Below, piece by piece: positions 26,847 through 35,700 of a DNA stretch of 36,705 nt; the stretch's first letter is position 1, and every line of letters starts with the position of its first letter. The notes beneath the pieces are model-generated. The model was not told the origin of the DNA and did no database searches. It saw only the letters and a program-made list of their open reading frames with translations. The DNA is from a virus (lineage: Duplodnaviria > Heunggongvirae > Uroviricota > Caudoviricetes): IMG/VR virus record IMGVR_UViG_2693429677_000015; one strand, 5' to 3'. A program made the position numbers and the translations under genes.

Positions 26847-27806
26847 TTACTCCTTGTCCATTGCGTACAGCCCATTAACCAGAGCAAACTGTGGCACCCC
26901 GTCCGCGATGAAAGTCGCATTAACTCCGCAGGCTTCGCGGATAGCGGGTGCCACAATCTCCGCTCCTCCACCTACAACCATCACCCGCCCGTAACCCGAA
27001 AAAACCGCCAGCGCGCGGATCACGCGTTGTTTCAGTGTTTCCTCCTTTTCACGAATAACTGCCATCAGGCTGGCGTAATGCGCGTCATTGTGGATGTGCT
27101 GGCGCAGCCAGGCTTCATCGTGGCGATGTTCGATAATGGTATTGGCGATGTGGTTACTGGTGCGCATACCGTTGGTGGCCATCACCGACAGCACGGCATC
27201 GGCCATCAGAGAAACGCCTACGTGTGGATCGCAAAACACCTGGCTGATACCTGCCAGTTGCCCCTGAACCTTTGCCACATCCAGCGTGGTTCCGCCCAAA
27301 TCCACAATCAGCAGGGATTCAAACGGACTCATGTCAGCCAGTGCCTTAAAACCAGCCGGAATGGATTCAGGCATAACCCGCACGTTACGGATAGTGAATG
27401 CCTCGCCGTTCTGGTACTCCACCGGGCGCATAACGTTCGCTTTTTTGCGGTTGATGTTGGCCATGTCCGGCTGTGCGTTTGTGTCGAAATACTCGCTCAG
27501 TGGCAGGGTAACAACCACATCCACTACCTGTGGTGTGATGCCTGATTTGACCAGCGCGTGGTGAATGGCGATTACATTCACATCGCTGTACTGGTATTGC
27601 GTGTCGGTCGTCTGGACAAAGCGATCGCTAACCGGATCAAAACCATAGCGCACGCCATCAAGCATGTAGTTCGCGGGCTGCGTGCCACCGAACGGCGCAG
27701 ACCATTCCGACTTGAAGCTGTTCGGGCTGATGGCGTTGCGGCGTTCGCCGTTCTCAGTCCATGCCAGCTTGATGTTGGTGGAGCCGTCGTCGATACAAAT
27801 TTTCAT
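26847..27806 (-). CDS. parM: ParM/StbA actin-like segregation ATPase
   Basis: MKICIDDGSTNIKLAW..., DLGGTTLDV, VVGGGAEIV: actin-fold phosphate and adenosine motifs, with strong similarity to R1 ParM across the length as I recall it. Confidence 0.9.
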   Translation of the reverse strand: MKICIDDGSTNIKLAWTENGERRNAISPNSFKSEWSAPFGGTQPANYMLDGVRYGFDPVSDRFVQTTDTQYQYSDVNVIAIHHALVKSGITPQVVDVVVTLPLSEYFDTNAQPDMANINRKKANVMRPVEYQNGEAFTIRNVRVMPESIPAGFKALADMSPFESLLIVDLGGTTLDVAKVQGQLAGISQVFCDPHVGVSLMADAVLSVMATNGMRTSNHIANTIIEHRHDEAWLRQHIHNDAHYASLMAVIREKEETLKQRVIRALAVFSGYGRVMVVGGGAEIVAPAIREACGVNATFIADGVPQFALVNGLYAMDKE

Positions 27807-27835
27807 GTCGCTTTTCCTTATGTTGATTAATTAAT

Positions 27836-27951
27836 CGTTTACGGGATTTTTAAATCCCGTTTTCGCCTGTTTTGTGCGCGCTTCATATATCGCGGCGCGT
27901 TTTTTGCTCATTTACGGGATTTGTGAATCCCGTTTCTGTCTGTTTTTTGTT
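27836..27951. repeat. Two ~40-bp direct repeats, each with an ACGGGATT(T)-N2-4-AAATCCCGT dyad, upstream of parM (candidate parC centromere/operator)
   Basis: Repeat 1 at 27836-27878 (intergenic), repeat 2 at 27909-27951 (inside the last codons of gene A); 73-bp periodicity. Confidence 0.45.
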
Positions 27952-30705
27952 TCTACTGGTCAGGCCACCCCGCAGCAGGTCTGCTTTGCGGCGGGCGCGT
28001 TCAGTTGTTTCACTGATTCTCTGTGCGTGCTCTGCGTCACGGATGGCGCGCAGCATGTCAGAAAGCACGGTAACGGGGGTTTTCATGGTGTTCTGGTCCT
28101 GCTGAAGTGTGGATGCCAGACGTGCGGCGGCTTCGGGGTCTGATGCCCCCAGCTGTGCCAGATAGCTGGCGATCGGGTTATGGCGGATCTCCGTGCTGCT
28201 TACGCCGTGATTACGGCTCAGGTGCTGCCAGAGCTGCGTGATTCGGCTGTCCGGGCGGGTATCCGGTTTGCGTACAATTTCAAATCCCTGTGGTGCAATG
28301 ATGCTGCCGTCAACGTACAGGCTGCCGCCCCGTAACAGGTGCTGCATCTGCTGTTCACCGATATGCAGGCCGAGAGATTCGGCAGATTCCCGCCATTCTT
28401 TAGTGAGTAATTCGTGGTTATCAGGCAAAGGCCGTGGCTGTTTGCGGCTCTGTGTCCAGTTCTGCATTTCATCACTGCTGTTTTTTGCCTGCTTGTCACG
28501 CAGCGAACGCATCAGCGCCCGGCGTTCGTGCCGTTTCAGTGAGCGCATCCATTCGTTCACTTCAACGCCGTCAGGGAGCTGCGGCCACGGTGCTGGCCGT
28601 TCTTCCGGCTGTTCTGTCCCGTTGTTGTCCGTTTCCTGTACACGGGGACAGTTATTGCCACGAGTCCAAGGGGCGGCAGGGCCGCCCTGAAGGTCAAAAC
28701 CATTTTCGTGGGCGCTGCCTTCCTGTTCCGGTTTACGTCTTACCAGCTTCCAGTTATCCGGGTGCGTGCACACACGGGAGGATTCCCCGATGAGTGGTGA
28801 CCAGATCCCGTAAATCTGTACACTCTGTTCGCCGTAATCGTTCAGCTCATCGGCGAGGTCGTAGGCGGTGCGAATCAGGTAGTCTTTGCGTGGAACAAGT
28901 ACGCCGCCCTGTTTCTCTATGTAGGTGGCAAAACATCCGGCATCAGCGGCAGCGAGTACCGCATCCATTGCGTCATCCTTCAGCCGTTGCGGGCCTTCCG
29001 GGTTGCGTGCCATCTGGCTGGCAAGGCGGCGGAGTTCACGCCACACCTGACGGGAGGGGATGCCAAAGAACTGGAACTGGCGGACCCGGTGAAGGCGTGC
29101 CCAACCGATGGCGCGCTCCACGCTCTCGGCCATTGATTTTCCGGTTTCGTGGTCAACGCGTGGTTTGCCCGTTTTCGGGTCGATGCCATCCACGGCGCGG
29201 CTGTCCAGGTTCTTTCCGATGTAGGTCGCGATATAGCTGGTTGGTGTGCCTTTTGAGCCGTCGACATACTCCACTTTAAAGCGCGGAGTAATATCATTGC
29301 CCAGCTCGTGGCGGTCTTCCTGAATGGCAATATCGCGGGTGATGGCCACGATGCTGTCGATTTCTTCCGGATGAGCAAAGACCATCATATGCCAGTGCAC
29401 GGTGCCGTCATGGTGAGGCTCCACCGTGCGGATGCCATACCAGCGCAGGCCGTCGCGGTTCAGTTTTTTGCGGACCGCCGCAAAAAACGTGTTAACCAGG
29501 TAATCGCTGGAGTCGCGCATGGTGGCCCCGTTCCATTTGGGGTTCGGATGACCGTTCTCCGTTGTTGCGTGGTATTTTGACGGGCAGGTGACAGTCAGAA
29601 ACACCGCTCTGTCGCCACGGGCTTCGGCCAGAAGTTCCAGTCCCTTCATGGTGGCCATCATTTCTGCCTTACGGTGAACCGGGTTACTTACTCCCGCGTA
29701 ATACACTGTCTCGAGATCAATCGTGAACCCGTCTTCGTTTTCCAGCATGAAACTTTTCAGGAAATCGCGTGTTTTCTCGCGCTGTGCGCGAAACTCGCTT
29801 AACGCGTCCTGGCTCAGATAGGGCGATGTTTTTCTGGAAACCAGACAGGCGGCGCGGAGTTGTTCTTCTCTCCACTCGCAACGTAACAGCCATAGTTTGC
29901 GTTTCCACCATTCCGCACAGGTCAGGCGAAGGATTGCGCCCGGCAGCAGCTCTGTGTCCGGTTCGTTCCTCCGGTCTTTGTCTGTTGTCAGTGCGTCATA
30001 ATGTGGAGGCATGGCGTGCAGGTGTAACGCCATGCGGGCCAGCATCTGATACGCCTTCAGCGTTACATCCATGGTCAGTTCGCCATCAGTCGCGCCAAAG
30101 CCATCGCAGAGTTTTTCGAAGGTGCTGCTGAACATCGCCGCCGTCATGGTGGCCAGCGTCTGTATCTGGTGTTTGTTGAGCTGCGGCAGGTAAAGCAAAT
30201 CGTCCAGGCGTTCGCGTCCAGCAAGGGAGCGATAACCCGGTGTCAGCCAGCGGTGATCGGTGCGGTCCAGACGTTCGAATATTTTGCGCAGGGTTCCGCG
30301 TGCATAGCGTTCCGCCTGCCAGCTCTTTTTGCCTTTCCGGCGATCGGCTTCCTGTTTTTTGCGCAGGAAGGAGAGGTGGCGAATAAGCGGATCGCGCAGA
30401 TAGGACGGCAGCAGGCGCAGCGAGGCCATGGCTTCATCCACCGCGCCGCGTGCCTGTTTTCTGGCGTCTCCTGCCAGTGTGATGGTTTTGTCCTGTTTTT
30501 CCTGTGCGTCCAGGCTTTTATTAATCAGGTTGCCCAGCGGCGTGGCGGAGAACGCCGCATCAGCCATTTCCTGGCGGCGCTCGTTCTCTACCCGGTAGGC
30601 GCCCAGCCAGGAGGAAAGCGCGGATTCAGGAGCGGGGATCCCCGTTCCTTCACGCCCCACCGCGTGGCGCGGTTGTTGCCAGTCCCTGATGTACTCTGCC
30701 GTCAT
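27883..30705 (-). CDS. Replication initiation endonuclease (P2 gpA-like, rolling-circle)
   Basis: 940 aa; large early-operon protein with HxH-type motif region (GTVHWHMMVF) typical of the P2 A family; longer than P2 A (761 aa). Confidence 0.8.
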   Translation of the reverse strand: MTAEYIRDWQQPRHAVGREGTGIPAPESALSSWLGAYRVENERRQEMADAAFSATPLGNLINKSLDAQEKQDKTITLAGDARKQARGAVDEAMASLRLLPSYLRDPLIRHLSFLRKKQEADRRKGKKSWQAERYARGTLRKIFERLDRTDHRWLTPGYRSLAGRERLDDLLYLPQLNKHQIQTLATMTAAMFSSTFEKLCDGFGATDGELTMDVTLKAYQMLARMALHLHAMPPHYDALTTDKDRRNEPDTELLPGAILRLTCAEWWKRKLWLLRCEWREEQLRAACLVSRKTSPYLSQDALSEFRAQREKTRDFLKSFMLENEDGFTIDLETVYYAGVSNPVHRKAEMMATMKGLELLAEARGDRAVFLTVTCPSKYHATTENGHPNPKWNGATMRDSSDYLVNTFFAAVRKKLNRDGLRWYGIRTVEPHHDGTVHWHMMVFAHPEEIDSIVAITRDIAIQEDRHELGNDITPRFKVEYVDGSKGTPTSYIATYIGKNLDSRAVDGIDPKTGKPRVDHETGKSMAESVERAIGWARLHRVRQFQFFGIPSRQVWRELRRLASQMARNPEGPQRLKDDAMDAVLAAADAGCFATYIEKQGGVLVPRKDYLIRTAYDLADELNDYGEQSVQIYGIWSPLIGESSRVCTHPDNWKLVRRKPEQEGSAHENGFDLQGGPAAPWTRGNNCPRVQETDNNGTEQPEERPAPWPQLPDGVEVNEWMRSLKRHERRALMRSLRDKQAKNSSDEMQNWTQSRKQPRPLPDNHELLTKEWRESAESLGLHIGEQQMQHLLRGGSLYVDGSIIAPQGFEIVRKPDTRPDSRITQLWQHLSRNHGVSSTEIRHNPIASYLAQLGASDPEAAARLASTLQQDQNTMKTPVTVLSDMLRAIRDAEHAQRISETTERARRKADLLRGGLTSRNKKQTETGFTNPVNEQKTRRDI

Positions 30706-30711
30706 AGTGAT

Positions 30712-31077
30712 TTACTTCGTCATGCCATTCAGGGTGTCGCGGCAGACGGCAGCCAGCCGCTGAATTTCCAGCACGGTGTCTTCTGTGTCGGCATGGCGAT
30801 GTGTGATGCGGATGCTGTCGGCAATCACATCGACGATTGCAGAGGATGGGCGCTGGTAAATGCCAATAACGGACGGGGTGCCACCTTCAATGCGGTAAAG
30901 CCTGTAATTTCCCTCGTGGCTGTCAATCATGTAGCGGCCATCAATAACAATCTTTCCGTCAGCGAGCTGCGGTACAGGCAGGGATTTCAGGTACATGTCA
31001 TAACGGTCACGCACGCGAACGGCAAGATCACGCTCTGTGTTGAGCAGGTATTCAAGAAAGTCGTTGGCGAGAATCAT
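30712..31077 (-). CDS. Hypothetical early protein
   Basis: 121-aa ORF directly upstream of gene A. Confidence 0.4.
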   Translation of the reverse strand: MILANDFLEYLLNTERDLAVRVRDRYDMYLKSLPVPQLADGKIVIDGRYMIDSHEGNYRLYRIEGGTPSVIGIYQRPSSAIVDVIADSIRITHRHADTEDTVLEIQRLAAVCRDTLNGMTK

Positions 31078-31149
31078 TGCGGCAATCCTCTGGTTACAGA
31101 TGTGCGAAGGCCTCCCGCCGCAAGGTGCAAGAAAGGCCCGGAACAGGAA

Positions 31150-31380
31150 TTAATGGAGTTTGTTTTGCTGCTGGATGAGATCCTGAAGAGACAGGAGGTC
31201 TTCCGCCAGATAGCTGAATACAGCGGCGCAGTAGTCGGCTGAAATAGTGCTGTTGAGTCTGTGCAATGTGTTGGATTGCATGATAAAGGCGATGTGTGCG
31301 GCGCGGGTGAGTCTGCGATCGATTTCAGTCTGGATGTGACGACGCTCCGCGATAGCGCGGTGCTGTTTGCGGTTTGCCAT
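31150..31380 (-). CDS. Hypothetical early protein
   Basis: 76-aa ORF; no motif recognised. Confidence 0.3.
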   Translation of the reverse strand: MANRKQHRAIAERRHIQTEIDRRLTRAAHIAFIMQSNTLHRLNSTISADYCAAVFSYLAEDLLSLQDLIQQQNKLH

Positions 31381-31700
31381 GGTGTGGCCTCTTTGGTTGT
31401 AAGTTTTGAAAACTCACCATCCAGAGGTTCCAAGCTCGGGGTGGTGAGACGTACAGGGTTGGAACTACCGGCAACCAAAGAACCCGGCCCGACCGAAGTC
31501 GGCCCCATACGCCTCACCATAATTCGTGTGCGAAAAAGACGTGGCGATACGGTACGCACAAAAAAACCGCTGGCGCGGTTGTGCGCTTTGGTTGTCAGCG
31601 GGGTTCCAATCCCGGCACCCGTTTTATGAGGCGCAGCGGAAATGTAACCTGACTGATTGCGGCATGGCAAGCGGTTTTTTTGTGTGTGCATAGTGGTTAC

Positions 31701-32252
31701 TCAGTCCGGTAGCAGTTCGCAAAGCACGGTGTCAGCGGCGGTATATCGTGCGTAAAGCCGGGCGGGAACCCATCTTTTAAGGGATATCCCGGCTGTGTCC
31801 CGGATGTGCTTCCTGATTTCGCTGAATGTCATCCCCTTCTCATCACGCAGTTCAGTTACCAACTCCACCAGGTGATCGCTGTATCTGGTTCTGTGGTGGA
31901 GTTCCCCGTATTTCCTGAACCGATACCCTCTTTTTCTCAGGTTCAGTTCCACCGTGGATGGCGAGCGCCCCAGCTCATTCGCGAGTTCCCGGATAGTTTT
32001 TGTGTGGCGATTCCTGATGAGCATGCTGAGTTCTTTTGTGCTCAGGTGGGGGCGTTTGGCGTGAATAACCCCCTGAGAGAGCAAAAGACGGATGCGACTT
32101 CGTATTGCTGACTCGGTTCTCTGAAGGTGCTTTGTCAGCTCCGGCGCTGTGTGGGAGTGGTATAACGTGGCTAAAAGTTCATCCTCCTGCTGTGTCCATG
32201 GTTTTACATGTGCCGGAGCCACACCAGGTGTACCCATTGGTTTGAGTTTCAT
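31701..32252 (-). CDS. Putative DNA-binding early protein with repeated helix-turn-helix-like segments
   Basis: 183 aa; three basic segments with HTH-like character (e.g. TIRELANELGRSPSTVELNLRKRG). Confidence 0.4.
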   Translation of the reverse strand: MKLKPMGTPGVAPAHVKPWTQQEDELLATLYHSHTAPELTKHLQRTESAIRSRIRLLLSQGVIHAKRPHLSTKELSMLIRNRHTKTIRELANELGRSPSTVELNLRKRGYRFRKYGELHHRTRYSDHLVELVTELRDEKGMTFSEIRKHIRDTAGISLKRWVPARLYARYTAADTVLCELLPD

Positions 32253-32266
32253 TGTGATTTACTCCC

Positions 32267-32566
32267 TTACTGGTTAAGGAAAAAATCGAAAACGTTGTCG
32301 ATGCGTTGCAGCAGCTCCTGCTGCATTGCTTCCGGCGTTTCTGATTCACCTGGTGACTCCAGCGTCGCGCAGAAATCCTTGATTTCATGATGGAGCGTCA
32401 GACGAATGGCAGGAGCCATGGTTCTGGCGTGCTCCAGCTCATCCAGCAGTGCCAGCACGGCAGATGGCGAGAGCATTGCGCGAAACGCCAGTAATTTTTG
32501 ATGCGTTGCCATTCGTTGCAGGTCAGTCGCCAGTTCGCGTAGTTCCTGGTGGTTGATGGTGCTCAT
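32267..32566 (-). CDS. Hypothetical early protein
   Basis: 99-aa ORF overlapping the upstream stop. Confidence 0.35.
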   Translation of the reverse strand: MSTINHQELRELATDLQRMATHQKLLAFRAMLSPSAVLALLDELEHARTMAPAIRLTLHHEIKDFCATLESPGESETPEAMQQELLQRIDNVFDFFLNQ

Positions 32567-32808
32567 GCTCTGGCTTCCTTCAGTAGCTGGTTAAACATGT
32601 TGGTAAGTGGATTGCCGCACCCGAACGGCATCGGGTTTATCTGGTAAGAAAAGCGACCACCTGTTTTGCGCTCTTTTCTTATGACTGAACCGCTGCGCCA
32701 GAGTCGGCGTAACTCCGCATTAATGGCTGTGGTTGGGGTATTCAGTGCTGCGGCGATTTCTCCACCGCTACAACCCGGATTGGCGGCGATGTAGTCCAGA
32801 ATGGTCAT
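32563..32808 (-). CDS. Small winged-helix-like DNA-binding protein
   Basis: 81 aa; GGEIAAALNTPTTAINAELRRLWRSGSV resembles an HTH recognition region. Confidence 0.4.
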   Translation of the reverse strand: MTILDYIAANPGCSGGEIAAALNTPTTAINAELRRLWRSGSVIRKERKTGGRFSYQINPMPFGCGNPLTNMFNQLLKEARA

Positions 32809-33008
32809 CTGCGTGACTCCTGTACCAGTCTGATAAGATTCACCTGCACCACGTTGGTGGCGCAGAAGTAAGTGTCGTCAGTGAGATAAATGTGATGCGC
32901 GTCAGGTTGCGAACGGTGACGGTCGATCGTTTTAATCAGCCGTTCGTCAACTTCGTATTCACGCCCTCTGGAGGTGAAACGAATGACGGAAAAACGCTTA
33001 ATTGCCAC
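32805..33008 (-). CDS. Hypothetical early protein
   Basis: 67-aa ORF, coupled to the downstream gene. Confidence 0.3.
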   Translation of the reverse strand: MAIKRFSVIRFTSRGREYEVDERLIKTIDRHRSQPDAHHIYLTDDTYFCATNVVQVNLIRLVQESRR

Positions 33009-33031
33009 TGCGCCCCCTTTGTCCAGTAACC

Positions 33032-33442
33032 CTATGCGTTAAATACGGTGCGCTGTGCGTCATCAATGAATGCGACTTGAGAGCGCTCTATCAGGCGGAG
33101 ATTTGTCAGAATTTCTGATTCCCTTATGGGGTGAGGAGTGATCAGGTATTTATCCTGTAATCCGGCGATAATGGTGTATCGCTGTAGCTCCGAGCCAATT
33201 GTGTAAATAAGGCGTCCGGTGTTAGACAAATCCAGTCCGGTGACTGGTTGTGTTCTGAGAACCGCCAGTTCAGCATCCTGTTTTGCGATAATTTCGGCTG
33301 CTTCTGCCGTGACTCTTGCGACTATCAGTGTGTGGGTTGCGACGTCCATATGTGCATTTGCCACGGCTTTTTTCGCTACTTCGTTTTCTGTCTTTGAAAT
33401 TTCTTTCAGTGCTCTGATGATACCTTCTTCTTTTGCGTGCAT
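33032..33442 (-). CDS. Hypothetical early protein
   Basis: 136-aa ORF. Confidence 0.35.
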   Translation of the reverse strand: MHAKEEGIIRALKEISKTENEVAKKAVANAHMDVATHTLIVARVTAEAAEIIAKQDAELAVLRTQPVTGLDLSNTGRLIYTIGSELQRYTIIAGLQDKYLITPHPIRESEILTNLRLIERSQVAFIDDAQRTVFNA

Positions 33443-33645
33443 TTTTGTATCTCCGTTATTTGCGTGTGCGAATACCTCCGTTAATACGGAAGGTTTTCAC
33501 GTTTTCTTATTTAATTTGATGCTTTATTTGTATCGTTATTCACCAGTGAAAAAGCGTTCAATCTTTTTTACTGAATGAATAATTCGCATAATCCCAATGG
33601 CGCAGGCCACCGAAATAATCAGAACAAGCCATGAGATAAATATAC

Positions 33646-33888
33646 TCATGCAATATTCCCCAGCTTATACGGTTCAATATGTTCTCCGCATTCTGCGGCA
33701 CAGATCAGCTCGGAAAGTTCGTTAAGTGCATCCAGATCATCAGCGTAAAAAGCCACGTCATACAGACTCCGGATTGCCCTGGTCAATGAGTCACGGGCTG
33801 CACGTTCAGCATGAGCGCCTGATGCACTTAAGCGAAAATAAAAACGCTCAAGTGCTTTGTTAATGAGAGTTTTATATTCTTTGCCCAT
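33646..33888 (-). CDS. Hypothetical early protein
   Basis: 80-aa ORF. Confidence 0.3.
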   Translation of the reverse strand: MGKEYKTLINKALERFYFRLSASGAHAERAARDSLTRAIRSLYDVAFYADDLDALNELSELICAAECGEHIEPYKLGNIA

Positions 33889-33899
33889 CGCAACGCCCT

Positions 33900-34187
33900 T
33901 TAATCTGCTTTCTGAATTTCAGTTTCTGAATCCATACAAATAATTTCGATATAGGGTTCATCGCCATTAGCCAGGCGTGCCTTTTCAGCTTCACTAATGA
34001 TTTCTCGTACGGTCTGGTACGGAAGTTCCACAAGCAGTCGCGTGCCGTTCAGATAAACGTAAGTGGCTTCGTCGGCTCCGTTTTTACCCGCCGGAGCCAC
34101 TCCATCAATAGCGGATGCGCGTAATAACAGTTCACCGCGAAAATCAATAAAACGGATAAATACACCTTGTGCATGCTCTTTGGTCAT
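33900..34187 (-). CDS. Hypothetical early protein
   Basis: ATG at 34187 with AGGTG upstream gives 95 aa and avoids overlap with the upstream gene. Confidence 0.35.
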   Translation of the reverse strand: MTKEHAQGVFIRFIDFRGELLLRASAIDGVAPAGKNGADEATYVYLNGTRLLVELPYQTVREIISEAEKARLANGDEPYIEIICMDSETEIQKAD

Positions 34188-34197
34188 AAAGCACCTG

Positions 34198-34656
34198 TTA
34201 TAAATCAGCCTGTTTAATAAAACTTTGCCCGCGAAGCAGACGATCAACCGTGCGAAGTGCTTCGTATAATGTGAAATCCTGTCCGAAGTGATTGTCGCCG
34301 TTGCTCAGAGCAAAAATGCGGTTTCCGGTAAACGGATTGCGTGGGCATCTGTGAACCACGATTCCTGCTTTCTCAATCAGCCAGGTGTGCTCGCCGATTT
34401 GTTTTACAGCGTGTCCGTCTGGTGTTGCATGCGTTTCGCTCAGGCTGTAGCGAGAGCTGCTGCGTGATGCACTGGTAGCGAAACGGTTAGCATGGCGTTC
34501 CGCACCGTTGCGGAAGCGCTGCTGTGAAGAATTGCACTGTTGCTTCATGTCAAAAACTCCGTACCTATTTACTTCCCCGGCATAACGCCCATTTTCAAAG
34601 TAATTGCGACGAAGTCCCGTGTTATGGGGCTTGCCATTTCGCTGTTGCTTATTCAT
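34198..34656 (-). CDS. Hypothetical early protein
   Basis: ATG at 34656 with GAGG upstream (the 34683 start of the track is TTG); 152 aa. Confidence 0.35.
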   Translation of the reverse strand: MNKQQRNGKPHNTGLRRNYFENGRYAGEVNRYGVFDMKQQCNSSQQRFRNGAERHANRFATSASRSSSRYSLSETHATPDGHAVKQIGEHTWLIEKAGIVVHRCPRNPFTGNRIFALSNGDNHFGQDFTLYEALRTVDRLLRGQSFIKQADL

Positions 34657-34667
34657 TTTTCGTGCCT

Positions 34668-34874
34668 CTACCCGATGAGCCAAATAACAAACGCCATGAG
34701 CACCGCACCAATGGTGATCGGAAAAAGACCTCTGGCATAAGCGGCGAGGTAATGAACGTTGAGAACAATAAAGCGTTCTTTTTGTCCTGTTAGCTTGCTA
34801 AGCAGATAAATCGCTATTACACCCACTTCTAGGAATACAAGGTCCAAAATGGCGCTGGTGATATTGCTGGTCAT
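34668..34874 (-). CDS. Small hydrophobic membrane protein (two predicted TM helices)
   Basis: 68 aa immediately downstream of cox. Confidence 0.35.
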   Translation of the reverse strand: MTSNITSAILDLVFLEVGVIAIYLLSKLTGQKERFIVLNVHYLAAYARGLFPITIGAVLMAFVIWLIG

Positions 34875-34880
34875 TTATGA

Positions 34881-35168
34881 TTAAAGCCCCAGCCACAACA
34901 ACCATGCATCGCGGCGTTCTTTCGGCTGATCAAAAAACGCTTTGCGCATACCTGCGTTAAATGCTGGCAGATATACCCAGTTTTCTGATGCTCGCGTCTT
35001 CACTGAACCTGGTTTTACAAAGTCAATCGTTGGTAACTTTGCAGCGTCAATCATGGTTCTGACGGTTGATTCTTTGCGACCAATCATCTTGGCAAATAGT
35101 TGATATGGCACCGCTTCAAGTGGATATGGTGCTACCTGAATGAACCCCTCAAGCTCTGATTCGCTCAT
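34881..35168 (-). CDS. cox: Cox-like excisionase / early-promoter regulator
   Basis: ...PYQLFAKMIG...VRTMIDAAKLPTIDF...WVYLPAFN...RRDAWLLWLGL parallels P2 Cox (...PYQEFAKLIG...VRRMIDKGKLPVIDM...WVYLPAWN...IRDGWLMWLGL) as I recall it; AAGGAG upstream. Confidence 0.8.
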   Translation of the reverse strand: MSESELEGFIQVAPYPLEAVPYQLFAKMIGRKESTVRTMIDAAKLPTIDFVKPGSVKTRASENWVYLPAFNAGMRKAFFDQPKERRDAWLLWLGL

Positions 35169-35265
35169 TGTGGTAATCTCCTTAATTCGTCCAAATGGCC
35201 CAAAATGGCTTATATAGGCTTATTTTGGCTATTTGAATGTTTTGTATCACATGTAACCCAATAGC
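35169..35265. promoter_or_regulatory. Immunity switch region: divergent cox and C promoters with repeated (T)GGC half-sites
   Basis: AATGGCCCAAAATGGCTTATATAGGCTTATTTTGGCTATTTGAA between divergent cox and C genes; GGC motifs at ~8-10-bp spacing. Confidence 0.45.
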
Positions 35266-35604
35266 ATGGAGTTTAGATCACATATGATCCACAAATCAAG
35301 CCTTGGAGAAAAACTTCGCCTGATTCGAGAGGCAGAGGGATTGTCACGTAGAGAGATGGAGGAGGTGACAGGGGTATCTCAATACAATCTCAAAAATTAT
35401 GAAATATTGGGAAGAATGATACCTGGAGAAACGTTACTCCTGATTTTGAATCATCCTCGTTTTCGGAAGTATTCGGATTGGGTGATGTTTAATCAAACTA
35501 ATGCTGCGACGGGGCAGATTGCTCCGCCTCTCTCTCTTGATGGCTTCTTCGATTCGGAGGGCGATCAGGTTTCAACCGAAACAAACCAAAAATCACCCCG
35601 CTAA
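35266..35604 (+). CDS. Immunity repressor, P2 C-like (XRE-type HTH)
   Basis: HTH LSRREMEEVTGVSQYNLKNYE; C-terminal ...TGQIAPPLSLDGF parallels P2 C (...SGQIAPALAHFGQ); alternative start ATG at 35284 has GGAG upstream. Confidence 0.8.
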   Translation: MEFRSHMIHKSSLGEKLRLIREAEGLSRREMEEVTGVSQYNLKNYEILGRMIPGETLLLILNHPRFRKYSDWVMFNQTNAATGQIAPPLSLDGFFDSEGDQVSTETNQKSPR

Positions 35605-35700
35605 GGCCAGAAAACTGGTTAGACCTGCTCTTTGTCTGGTCTGATTATTGCTGGAAAGAGGCTGGAGAAATTGTAGGGCGGTTCATTGGAGGGCTTCGCA

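Noticed and set aside
30169-31242. 357-aa plus-strand ORF
   Set aside because: Antisense to replication gene A and adjacent early genes
31598-31616. tRNA-like T-arm (GGGGTTCCAATCCCG)
   Set aside because: No complementary acceptor stem, D-arm or anticodon arm in the flanking 80 nt
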